This document shows, one piece after another, positions 1 to 9,433 of a stretch of DNA of 64,000 bases (the stretch's first letter is position 1; each line of letters begins with the position of its first letter). Both the position numbers and the translations under genes were made by a program. The stretch is taken from assembly GCF_036588685.1 (NCBI RefSeq), contig NC_086380.1, forward strand, positions 10,469,347-10,533,346, given 5' to 3'. The notes beneath the pieces were generated by a model. The model made no database searches. It saw only the letters and a list, made by a program, of their open reading frames with translations, and had not been told where the DNA came from. The DNA is from Mytilus trossulus. Lineage: Eukaryota.

Positions 1-120
1 TGTTAAAACTCTTTTAGGTCATTTTTTAGTAGCAATAAACAAAAAAACTATGTCAATTGGACATGCTTTGATACTATATATGCCCTTGAAATTTTACTAG
101 ATAACATTTTTGTTCGCTTT

Positions 121-1570
121 GGGGATTCCGTATATCGTCAGGTTATCGGAATTCCAATGGGGACTAACTGTGCACCACTTATTGCGGACCTGTTTTTGTA
201 TTGCTATGAGTTGCAATTTATGACAAAAATAAGCAAAACACCATCGAAACAACATCTGATACATAAATTTAATAATACTTTTAGATTTTTGGATGATATT
301 TCGGCTCTCAATAATGACGACTTCAGTATGTATATTAAAGAAATTTATCCTGTTGAACTTACTTTAAATAAAGCTAATACTAACAATGACCACTGCCCTT
401 TCCTCGATCTTGATACCTATATCACTAACGGAAAGCTAAATACTACAATTTATGATAAAAGAGATGATTTTTCATTTCCTATCGTTAATTATCCATGTTT
501 AGATGGTGACGTTCCCTTGTCACCATCTTACGGTGTTTATATATCTCAACCTGTGCGATTCGCTCGTGTATGTAACACTGTTTTAGATTTTAACGAGAGA
601 AATTTATGTATTACTGAAAAATTATTACACCAGGGTTTTCGATATCACAAACTAGTCAAAACATTAACTAAATTTTATCATCGGTATAAGGACATCATTC
701 GTAAATATAGCTCAACATGCAGACTTCTTATACGTTTAGGTATTTCACATCCATTTTTTTATGGAAATATTCTTTATAAAGCACAGAGGTGTCAATATTC
801 ACCTCAGAAACTAACAAAACTTTTGAATAGATTTATTAAGAAGGGATATAGCTACGATACTGGTGTCAGGTCATTAAAGATTGCATATGTTGGCATTAAT
901 AGTGATTCACTTATAGGGTCTTTGCGTCGGAACTAAACACATTTATTCAAAAACAAGTTGTTGGCATGACACGGGTTATGTTCTTCTCATATATGTCATG
1001 ATGGTATGAGACTAAACCCCTAACGGGAAGGATTGTGCCTGATGTTCATATGATAAAATCATAATCTTTCTGTCAGTTTTATTGAAGTCTGGAGCTGGCA
1101 TGTCAGTTAACTGCTAGAATTGTTGTTATTTATGTATTATTGTCATTTTGTTTATTTTCTTTGGTTACATCTTCTGACATCAGACGCGGACTTCTCTTGA
1201 ACTGAATTTTAATGTGCGTATTGTTTTGTGTTTACTTTTCTACATTGGCTAGAGCCAGTAGAGGTATAGGGGGAGGGTTGAGATCTCACAAACATGTTTA
1301 ACCCCGCCGCATTTTTGCGTCTGTCCCAAGTCAGGAGCCTCTGGCCTTTGTTAGTCTTGTATTATTTTAATTTTTGGTTTCTTGTGTACAATTTGGAAAT
1401 TAGTATGGCGTTCATTATCACTGAACTAGTATATATTTGTTTAGTGGCCAGCTGAAGAACGGAATTTCTCGCTACATTGAAGACCTGTTGGTGACCTTCT
1501 ACCGTAGTTTTTTTTTCTACGGTCGGGTTGTTGTCTATTTGACACATTCCCCATTTCCATTCTCAATTTT
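121..1570 (+). mobile_element. 3' portion of a LINE-like retrotransposon (RT C-terminus plus about 640-bp 3' UTR)
   Basis: The RT ORF is followed by a segment (1040-1570) whose reverse complement recurs at 41810-42300. Its terminal roughly 110 bp (...gacacattccccatttccattctcaatttt) recurs as 5'-truncated copies at 46622-46735 and 53827-53910 and as an internally deleted copy at 10170-10450. This is the classic pattern of copies that share a 3' end. Confidence 0.4.
157..936 (+). CDS. Reverse-transcriptase-like ORF fragment (non-LTR retrotransposon type), 5' truncated or degenerate
   Basis: The in-frame translation reads ...YRQVIGIPMGTNCAPLIADLFLY... (a GxPxG..P..A..F RT motif) followed by FRFLDDI (a YxDD-like box). 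The frame is open upstream to about 121 and then hits stops, so no upstream RT motifs are present. A 3' UTR-like tail at 940-1570 is shared with short dispersed copies. Confidence 0.5.
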   Translation: MGTNCAPLIADLFLYCYELQFMTKISKTPSKQHLIHKFNNTFRFLDDISALNNDDFSMYIKEIYPVELTLNKANTNNDHCPFLDLDTYITNGKLNTTIYDKRDDFSFPIVNYPCLDGDVPLSPSYGVYISQPVRFARVCNTVLDFNERNLCITEKLLHQGFRYHKLVKTLTKFYHRYKDIIRKYSSTCRLLIRLGISHPFFYGNILYKAQRCQYSPQKLTKLLNRFIKKGYSYDTGVRSLKIAYVGINSDSLIGSLRRN

Positions 1571-1599
1571 ATATGTAGAACAAGAAAAAAAGTATATAC

Positions 1600-1860
1600 A
1601 TATGAGGTTAACTATGTGCAAATAGATATATAAAAAATGTGCATATATAGAAAAGTATGTGCATATAAGGTAAACGATGTGCATATGTAGGAAAAGTATG
1701 TGCATATATATATATATAAAAAATAAGTGCATATAAAGTAAACTATGTTCATATATATGCAAAGTATGTGTATAAACAGAAAAAAACATTTGCAGACATT
1801 GAAAAGTATGTGCATTCATGTATATAAACATATAGATATAGGAAGATGTGGTGTGAGTGC
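1600..1860. repeat. Minisatellite of about 22 bp (aaaagtatgtgcatatatag-like units)
   Basis: Visible tandem units. The same array recurs at 56290-56560 (same orientation as unit taTATGCACATAg...) and inverted at 62200-62480. The ORFs 1535..1879 and 1612..1815 are artefacts of it. Confidence 0.85.
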
Positions 1861-2030
1861 CAATGAGACAACTCTCCATCCAAATAACAATTTAAAAAGT
1901 AAACCATTATAGGTTAAAGTACGGCCTTCAACACGGAGCCTTGGCTCACACCGAACAACAAGCTATAAAGGACCCTAAAATTACTAGTGTAAAACCATTC
2001 AAACGGGAAAACCAACGGTCTAATCTAATA
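1845..2030 (+). mobile_element. Short interspersed element of about 190 bp (SINE/MITE-like) inserted between a minisatellite and a conserved linker
   Basis: The 5' part of ggaagatgtggtgtgagtgccaatgagacaactctccatccaaataacaatttaaaaa...ggctcacaccgaacaacaagctataaa...gtaaaaccattcaaac recurs at 42676-42760 and the 3' part at 43070-43180. It is absent from the otherwise equivalent module at 62480-62520. Confidence 0.5.
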
Positions 2031-2089
2031 TGTTTGTATTCGGCAGCTACGGCGTTCCATAAAGTAGTATATTTAGCCAAACAGCTCAT

Positions 2090-2285
2090 GTCTATAAGAA
2101 TACGTGCAACTTGTGTGCACAAGTTGTACAACTCGTGCGCGCAAGTTAATAACTCGTGCGCACAAGTTGTGTAACTCGTGCGCACAAGTTGTGTAACTTG
2201 TGTGCACAAGATAGTAACTTGTGCGCGCAAGTTAGTAACTTGTGCGCGCAAGTTGGTAACTTGTGCGCACAAGTTGAATTTTTTT
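2090..2285. repeat. Minisatellite of about 22 bp (aactcgtgcgcacaagttgtgt), roughly 9 units
   Basis: Direct tandem repetition is visible. It follows the conserved linker ggcagctacggcgttccata at 2032-2052. Confidence 0.85.
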
Positions 2286-2319
2286 TTGCATGGCACTCCA
2301 GGGCTTCCGTACTTTGAAA

Positions 2320-3700
2320 GTCAAATAAGGAAATAGAAACCGAACAAGGAAATAAAAATCGAATAAGGAAATAGAAACCAAATAAGGAAATCAAAACCTA
2401 AAAAGGAAATAGAAACCAAATAAGGAAATAGAAACCGATAAAGGATATAGAAACTGAATAAATAGGGAATAGAAACCAAATAAGGAAACGAAAATTGAAT
2501 CAGGAAAGAGAAACCAAATAAAGACATTAAAATAAAAATATGGAAATGAATATCGAATAAGAAAATAGAAACCGAATAAGGAAATGAAAATAGAGTAAGG
2601 AATTAGAAACCAAATAAGGAAATCGAAACCGAATAAAGAAATGAAAATCAAATAAGGAAATAAAAACCAAAAAAGGAAATGAATATCGAATAAGGAAACA
2701 AAAACCGAATAAAGAAATAAATTGAATAAGAAAATAGAAAACAGTTAGAAATGAGTGAAAAAAGATTTGTGATGAAATTTTTTTTGGAGGAAAACAAAAT
2801 TTAGAGAAAAAAACATTTTGAGGGAAAAAAAATTGAAGAAAAAGAAATTTTGTGTTTCAGTTTGGATTTAAAATAACTTTCAAAATTTCAAAATTGTATA
2901 AGGAAAAAGAAACCAAAAAAACAAAATGAAAATCGATTAAGGAAATAGAAACCGAACAAGGAAACGAAAATCGAATAAGGAAATAGAAACCGATAAGGAA
3001 ATAGAAACCCAATAAGGAAATAGAAACCCAATAAGGAAATAGAAACTGAACAAGGAAAAAGAAATGAAAATCAAATAAGGAAATAGAAACCGAATAAGAA
3101 AAAATAAACCCAATCAGGAAATAGGAAACGAAAAAGGAAATAGAAACCAAATAAGAAATGAGGAGAAAAACATTTTGGAGAAAAAAAATGTTTTGAGGAA
3201 AACGAAATTTTGTGTTTCAGGTTGGACTTAAAATATTTTTCAAAATTTGAAAATCGAATTAAGGAAAAGAAAATGAATAAGGAAATGAAAATCGAATAAG
3301 GGAATAGAAACCGAAGAAGGAAATGAAAATCGAATAAGGAAATAGAATCCGAAAAATAATGATATAGAAACCGTATAAGGGAATAGAAACCGTAAAAGGG
3401 AATAGCAACTGAATAAGGAAATGAAAATCTAATAAGGAAATAGAAACCAAATAAGGAAATAGAAACCAAATAAGGAAGTAGAAACCCAATAAGGAAATAG
3501 GAACCCAATAGGAAATAGAAACCGAATAAGGAAATGAAAATCGAATAAGGAAATAAAAAACGAAATAAGGAAACGAAAATTGAATAAGGAAATAGAAACC
3601 CAATAAGAAAAAAGAAACCCAATCAGGAAATAGGAACCGAATAAGGAAATAGAAACCGAATAAGAAAATGAAATCGAATAAGGAAATAGAAAACAATTAA
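2320..3700. repeat. Satellite DNA with roughly 19-bp units (gaataaggaaatagaaacc) and higher-order structure
   Basis: There are dozens of tandem units. Arrays are interrupted at 2720-2890, 3150-3250 and 3700-3760 by a recurring spacer (gagggaaaaaa...ttttgtgtttcagtttggatttaaaata...caaaatttcaaaat). All minus-strand FGFYFLI-type ORFs here are artefacts. Confidence 0.9.
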
Positions 3701-4489
3701 AAAATGAGGGAAAAAAGATTTGTGGTGAACATTTTTTTTTTTTGCGGAAAACAAAGGAGTAGATCCGGTAAGGGCCGATTTTGGCCTCAAATTGCAACTT
3801 CATCTAACGAAAGATTTTGGACACTTTTTAAACACTTAAGTGTCTATTACAATTGATTCAATTAGTTCATGTGAACATTTTTAACTGAATTAGTCATTAC
3901 AAACGCTCGGATTCAGGCTTTAATATGAATTTTTGTTTTAAATGCCAAAAACGTCACTTTTCAGTAGGTTTTTGTCAAAAATGAAAGTGGCCGCAACCGT
4001 GTTCATCCTAGACCTTTATTTATGTTATGTATTTTCATCAAATACAAGTTAAATTTCAATATTCTGAATGAACAAGAATGCGGCCACTTTCATTTAAGAT
4101 GGAAATCGTCTAAAATTTAACTAAAATTCAAAAATAGTGAAGATTTCAGTAATTTAGCATGAATTAATAATGCAAGTACTCGATATATGTTCATTGTATT
4201 GTCAAAATCAGCCCATATTTATGTAGCAGAAGCATTCTACTTTCCAGTAAATAGCTAAAAGATGATTACATTTTCACAATTTTGTAAAACTGTTATATTT
4301 TGGGGCCAAAAAGGGGTCTTACTGAACCTACTCGTTTTTGAGGAAAACACGATTTTGAGGGGCAAAACAATTTGAAGATAAAAAAAATTCAGGAAAACAT
4401 GTTTGAGGGACAAAAATGAGGAAAAAAGAATGTGTTTCAGTTTGGTGTCAAAATATTTTTCAAAATTAGAAAATTTTATAAGAAAAAAG

Positions 4490-4950
4490 TAACCAAATAA
4501 GGAAATAAAAATCGAATAAGGAAATAAAAACTGAACAAGAAAATGAAAATCGAATAAGGTAATAGAAACCGAAAAAGGAAATAAAAACCGAATAAAGAAA
4601 TGAAAATCGAATAAGGGAACAGAAACCGAATAAGGGAATGAAAATCGAATAAGGAAATAGAAACAGAATAAAGAAATGAAAATCGAATAAGGAAACAAAA
4701 ACCGAATAAGGAAATGAAAATCGAATAACAAATAGAAACCGAATAAGCAAAAAGAAATTGAATAAAGATATAAAAATCTATTAAGGAAATAGAAACCGAA
4801 TAAGAAAATAGATACCCAATAAGGAAATAGGAACCGAATAGGGAAAATAGAAACTGAATAAGGAAATGAAAATAGAATAAGGGAACAGAAACCGAATAAG
4901 GAAATGAAGTCGAATAAGGAAATAGAAACCAAATAAGAAATGAGGGAAAA
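4490..4950. repeat. Second block of the same 19-bp satellite, flanked by the same spacer type (4320-4480 and 4950-5100)
   Basis: Same unit as 2320-3700. The ORFs 4255..5021 are repeat artefacts. Confidence 0.9.
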
Positions 4951-5339
4951 AAAGTTGTGGTGAAAAAAAAATTTGGAGGTAAACAAAATTTTGAGGGAAA
5001 AAAATTTGGAAAAAAAAACAAGTATGCAGAAAAATAAGTTGAGGAAATTTTAAGGAGAAAAAGTTTTTTTTTATGTGTTTCGGTTTGGACTAAAATAAGT
5101 ATATCAATATATATATATCATATAACACTATCAATAAACAAAAAGATAGCACTTATAAGATGCACACAAATCAGTGTCTAGATGCTAATATAGCTGATAA
5201 TCCAATACTTTATTTGTGAATTCATATACTGCATAGAAAGTTACTTTAAAAATGTTTGTCCTCAAAAACGTTTTGTCATTTGAAATTAATTTGACTTAAA
5301 CAATCAATAGCTTAAAATTCATTCATTATTAAGATAAAA

Positions 5340-6000
5340 GTCAGAGCATTTACCATGTGAAAGGCTTAACTTACTAGATGCCTTTTCTTAACATAAGGGT
5401 TACGTTAATCATTATTAAGATAACAGTGAGAGACTTACCATTTGAAAGGTTTAAACTACGTTGGGCCTTTTGTTAACATTAGGGTTAAGTTATTCATTAT
5501 TAAGATGACAGTCAGGGTGATTACCATGTGCAGGGTTTGAACTAATTGGGGCCTTTTGTTAACAATAGGATTAAGTAATTCATTATAAATATTACAGTCA
5601 GAGTGATTACCATGTGAAAGGTTTAAACGAATTGGGGCCATTTGTTGACATTAGGGTTAAGTTATTCATTATTAAGATAAAAGTCAGATTGATTACTATT
5701 TAGAAGGTTTTAACTAATTGGGGCCTTTTGCTAACATTATGGTTAAGTTATTCATTATAAAGATAACAGTCAGAGTGGTAACCATTAATTTGAAAGGTTT
5801 TAACTACTTGGGGCCTCTTGCTAACTCTATGGTTAAGTTATTAATCATTTAGATAACAGTCAGACCGATTACCATGTGAGAGAATTAAAATACTTGGGAC
5901 GTTTTTTAACATTAGGGTTAATCTATTAAGATAATTTTCAGAGTGATTACCATTTGAAAGGTTAAACTACTTGTGGCCTTTTGTTAACATTAGGGTTAAA
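5340..6000. repeat. Satellite of about 87 bp (cattattaagataacagtcagagtgattaccatgtgaaaggtttaaactaattggggccttttgttaacattagggttaagtta), roughly 8 units
   Basis: Tandem units are visible. A single related unit lies at 21170-21240, the homologous position in the second duplicated segment. Confidence 0.85.
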
Positions 6001-6589
6001 TAAAGGCAACAGTAGTATACCGCTGTTCAAAACTCATAAATCCATGGAAAAAAACAAAATCGGGGTAACAAACCAAAACCGAGCGAAACGCATTAAATAT
6101 AAGAGGAGAACAACGACACAACACCGAAACGCAACACACACAGAAACAGACCAATCATCAGACAAAACACCACGAGAATAACAAATGTAACATGAAAACC
6201 AAATACATGAATTTGGGATAGACAAGTACCGTGCCACGTCTTATCTCAATATCTCAAAAATAAGAGAAAACACAAACGACTCAACGTTAAAATGCAACAC
6301 AAAGAGAAACGAACAATATTATAACAATGACCATCTTCCTGACTTGGTACAGGACACTTTTAAAGGGGAATAAAGGTGGTGGGTTGAACCTGGTTTTAAG
6401 GCATGCCAAACCTCGCACTTTAATGGCAAAGTTAAATATAACATTGAAATGACAACATAATACTACAGGACTACAATACAAACAAATACGAGAACATATC
6501 AGACACAGAAAAACATGATAAATAGATAACAAAAAGCATCAGGTTTAAAATTCAATACGCCAAAAACGCACCTTGTCCACACAAGACTC

Positions 6590-7070
6590 ACCAGTGACGC
6601 CCAGATATAAAAGATCGAAAGTGAAAAAAGTACATAGTTGTACAGCACTGAAGATCAAAAGTTGAAAAGGTTTCGCAAAATACGGCATTGTTTTTATGCA
6701 TGGGATAAGAACATTCTTATTATATAGAACAATTCATGCTATTGCAAACAGTAAATTTTATCAAATGAATATGAAAGAGATATACACAAAGAAACTAAAG
6801 TATTAACTAATTACAGAAAACTAAACCTGAATACATAACGCCTAGATATAAAAGATCGAACGTGAAAAAGGTACAAAGTTGTACAACACTGAAGATCAAA
6901 AGTTGAAAAGGTTTTGACAAATACGGCATTGTTTTTATGCACGGGATAAGAACATCCTTATTATATAGAATACTTAATGCTATTGCAAACAGTAAATTTT
7001 AACAAATGAATATGAAAGAGATATACATAATTAAACTGAAATATTAACTAATTACAGAAACCTAAACCCA
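6590..7070. repeat. Tandem duplication of two units of about 245 bp
   Basis: 6596-6835 and 6843-7060 are near-identical (cagatataaaagatcgaa.gtgaaaaag.taca.agttgtaca.cactgaagatcaaaagttgaaaagg...). Confidence 0.85.
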
Positions 7071-7486
7071 AGTCACAAAATAGACACACATCCGAATCAG
7101 TCCAGGCGTCATTACCATTCTTGTTTTGTGATTTCAGTGAAGATTTATTTTAAGATATAAGTACATGGAAATTTTCTATAACTTTTATAACGCGTACAAA
7201 TCCTGTTGAACCATGTATGTCAGATCTTATAAAGTTCAAAAAACAACATTTGGGCGCACTGAATTCTATATCTAGCGTTAAAAGTAGGTATTTTAGTAAC
7301 ATTAAAATTAGTTTTATTACATGAAAATATATAGATGAAGTAGTATTAACAATGATAAAACTCTACATCAAAAACCAACTGATTAGAGCTTAGCATCTAT
7401 AAGTCACCAGCTTTTCACTAAGTTAATATTCAATACACATGTATATATAAATATATGCAATAATTTCCTATCATTTTGTCATTACT

Positions 7487-9433
7487 TCAACAGAGTTGAT
7501 GCAGTCTAAATGCAGCACTTGTTTTGTTATACGGATCCTCCTGTGCAGCAATATGAAAGTATTTTCTTGCTAAATCTATTTTACCTAGCATCTGAAAAGC
7601 TATTCCCTGTAAAAGAATATTATATGTGTTCACAAACCCACGCTGCTCCAATCCTTCTTGTAATCGATCGTATTCGCGTACTGTTTCTAATAACTTGTTC
7701 ATACAATTCCAACTTGATTTAAAGTCTTGGAGATGGTAACAACACAGAAAACGGAGGAAATGTGCAAATGGTATGGAACTTATATATGCCAATAGTTCAA
7801 AGGTATGAGGAGACTTTAACTCCATCGGGATGAATGAATCTGATAATGTATTGTCAAAACAGACATATGGAGATGGTATTTTCTTAACTAGTGACATTAG
7901 CTTCAGTGTCTTTGTCTGTGTTAGTGAAATCTTGGACAATATTGCTTCATCTTCACATTTTGACAAAGTGTAATTTATTATATCTATTGATGTTAAATAA
8001 TTGTTTTGACCATAGAAGAAAGAAGCCAATTTCAGCCACCCTGATACTGCATCTGAACCTACGCCTACCAACAACTTGCTCAGGTCATGTTTGTAGAGTT
8101 TGTAATGCTGTTTATTGTTTGGGTTATTTACATGTGGTGGTGCAAAAGGCATTAGTCGATATGTTATTATGATTGACAGTTGAAAGATACATCTGGATAA
8201 TTCACTTTTACAATGATGCAACAAGGTATACAAATTATAAAAGTATGGTAGATATTTTAGTGAAAATACTGGTCTGTTCTTAATCATTACTTTAATTAAT
8301 GTAGTTATTTCGCACACCGATCTTGTAGTTTCACATGGAAATCGTCTGTAATTCTGTAAAGTTTGAGAAGACGAGAAAATCTGAATTCCATTTTGGTATG
8401 ATTTCTTAAGGACGTTGATAAATGAGTTCCTTTGTTTATTGTTAAATCTTAAATAGAACAAGTTGTTATTAGGAATGAAATAATGTAACAACGTTGAATA
8501 TTCTACACAATATAATAACCTTTTTAAACAGGCCATAAAACAGGGAATAATATTGTCGGGTCTCCAGACTGATGTGTCATTTTCTTCTAACATCCAAAAC
8601 ATCAGGGTCTTCAAAAAGTATGAACACAATAAATCTTTTAATTCTTTCTTTCCATTTACTATTTCTTTCAATAATGTCTTTAACAAAGCATAGCATAGTA
8701 ACTGGGTATGACTGAAAGAATAAATCAGTATCTTCTCTGCAACAGAAAATGATATCCGCCACTGAAGATGTTCATTTATAGATCCCTTGTTGCCAATTGG
8801 AACAAATAAAATACCGCATGAAGTTATTTTGGAGATAAGTTCAGATGAAGGCCATATTGAACGTGATCTTGAGATCCATGGTTTGGCTTGAGATACCCAC
8901 TTATCACATTTTAGGCAGTACGCTAAATCCAACGATTCATCACAAATTGATAAACATGGACCGTGAATTTGTGGTTTGTACTCTGGGAATGAATCTTTGT
9001 TTTTTGTTAGTTGTGATTTATAAAGCTCACTTGAAAGTAGGGTTTTACCTCTGTGTTGTCGTAGGTTTTGTTTGATACAATTTAATTCTTTATCAACATT
9101 GGTATAACTTTGTAGTAGTGTAAAACACGGTGGTGTGTCCTCAGTATCCATTACAAACACTTTCCTCCTATCATGGACAACATCTTTATTTGATTCGTAT
9201 ATTACATATAAAGGATGAATTATCATTATATCAATATCACTACCTTTAAGATCTAGTCCTTCTCCCTTGCTTCCACTGGTTATGTTAGGAATAAGTTTGC
9301 TGGATCTTGTTGCGTCATCAGTTATAGATGTCAATCGTCTAGCTCTTACTATTGTCTCTGATCCAATTTTCTGACACAAGTATTCATAAAAATGTAAGCA
9401 TTCTGCTTTACTGTGAGACATATTCTTTAACAT
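7487..9433 (-). CDS. Mab-21 domain / cGAS-like nucleotidyltransferase (cGLR-like) with a C-terminal extension containing a TPR-like motif; single uninterrupted 648-aa ORF
   Basis: The translation contains ITSGSKGEGLDLKGSDIDIMI (the GS...[DE]h[DE]h nucleotidyltransferase motif) and VFVMDTEDTPPCFTLL. SLDLAYCL aligns with the cGAS third-Asp segment SVDITLAL. WRISFSVAEKILI matches cGAS WRLSFSHIEKEIL. LHYFIPNNNLFYLRFNNKQRN matches cGAS NYFIPEFNLFSSNLIDKRSK. The C-terminal 300 aa include a TPR-like stretch NTYNILLQGIAFQMLGKIDLARKYFHIAAQEDP. The paralogue starts at MSHSK, so the conserved start is probably Met5 at 9421. Confidence 0.8.
   Translation of the reverse strand: MLKNMSHSKAECLHFYEYLCQKIGSETIVRARRLTSITDDATRSSKLIPNITSGSKGEGLDLKGSDIDIMIIHPLYVIYESNKDVVHDRRKVFVMDTEDTPPCFTLLQSYTNVDKELNCIKQNLRQHRGKTLLSSELYKSQLTKNKDSFPEYKPQIHGPCLSICDESLDLAYCLKCDKWVSQAKPWISRSRSIWPSSELISKITSCGILFVPIGNKGSINEHLQWRISFSVAEKILIYSFSHTQLLCYALLKTLLKEIVNGKKELKDLLCSYFLKTLMFWMLEENDTSVWRPDNIIPCFMACLKRLLYCVEYSTLLHYFIPNNNLFYLRFNNKQRNSFINVLKKSYQNGIQIFSSSQTLQNYRRFPCETTRSVCEITTLIKVMIKNRPVFSLKYLPYFYNLYTLLHHCKSELSRCIFQLSIIITYRLMPFAPPHVNNPNNKQHYKLYKHDLSKLLVGVGSDAVSGWLKLASFFYGQNNYLTSIDIINYTLSKCEDEAILSKISLTQTKTLKLMSLVKKIPSPYVCFDNTLSDSFIPMELKSPHTFELLAYISSIPFAHFLRFLCCYHLQDFKSSWNCMNKLLETVREYDRLQEGLEQRGFVNTYNILLQGIAFQMLGKIDLARKYFHIAAQEDPYNKTSAAFRLHQLC

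Noticed and set aside
2146-5021. Numerous minus-strand ORFs up to 243 aa (FGFYFLIRFLFPYSVSISL...)
   Set aside because: They lie entirely within the 19-bp AT-rich satellite. Periodic low-complexity translation and the absence of stops are a by-product of the repeat, not a gene.
7510-8172. Plus-strand ORFs (70 and 93 aa) antisense to the cGLR-like gene
   Set aside because: They are short, have no recognisable motif, and are fully contained in a strongly supported minus-strand CDS.
8577-8762. 61-aa minus-strand ORF (MADIIFCCRED...) in an alternative frame of the cGLR gene
   Set aside because: It is an out-of-frame overlap. The homologous frame in copy B (22527..22847) is what breaks that copy, showing that this frame is not the conserved one.
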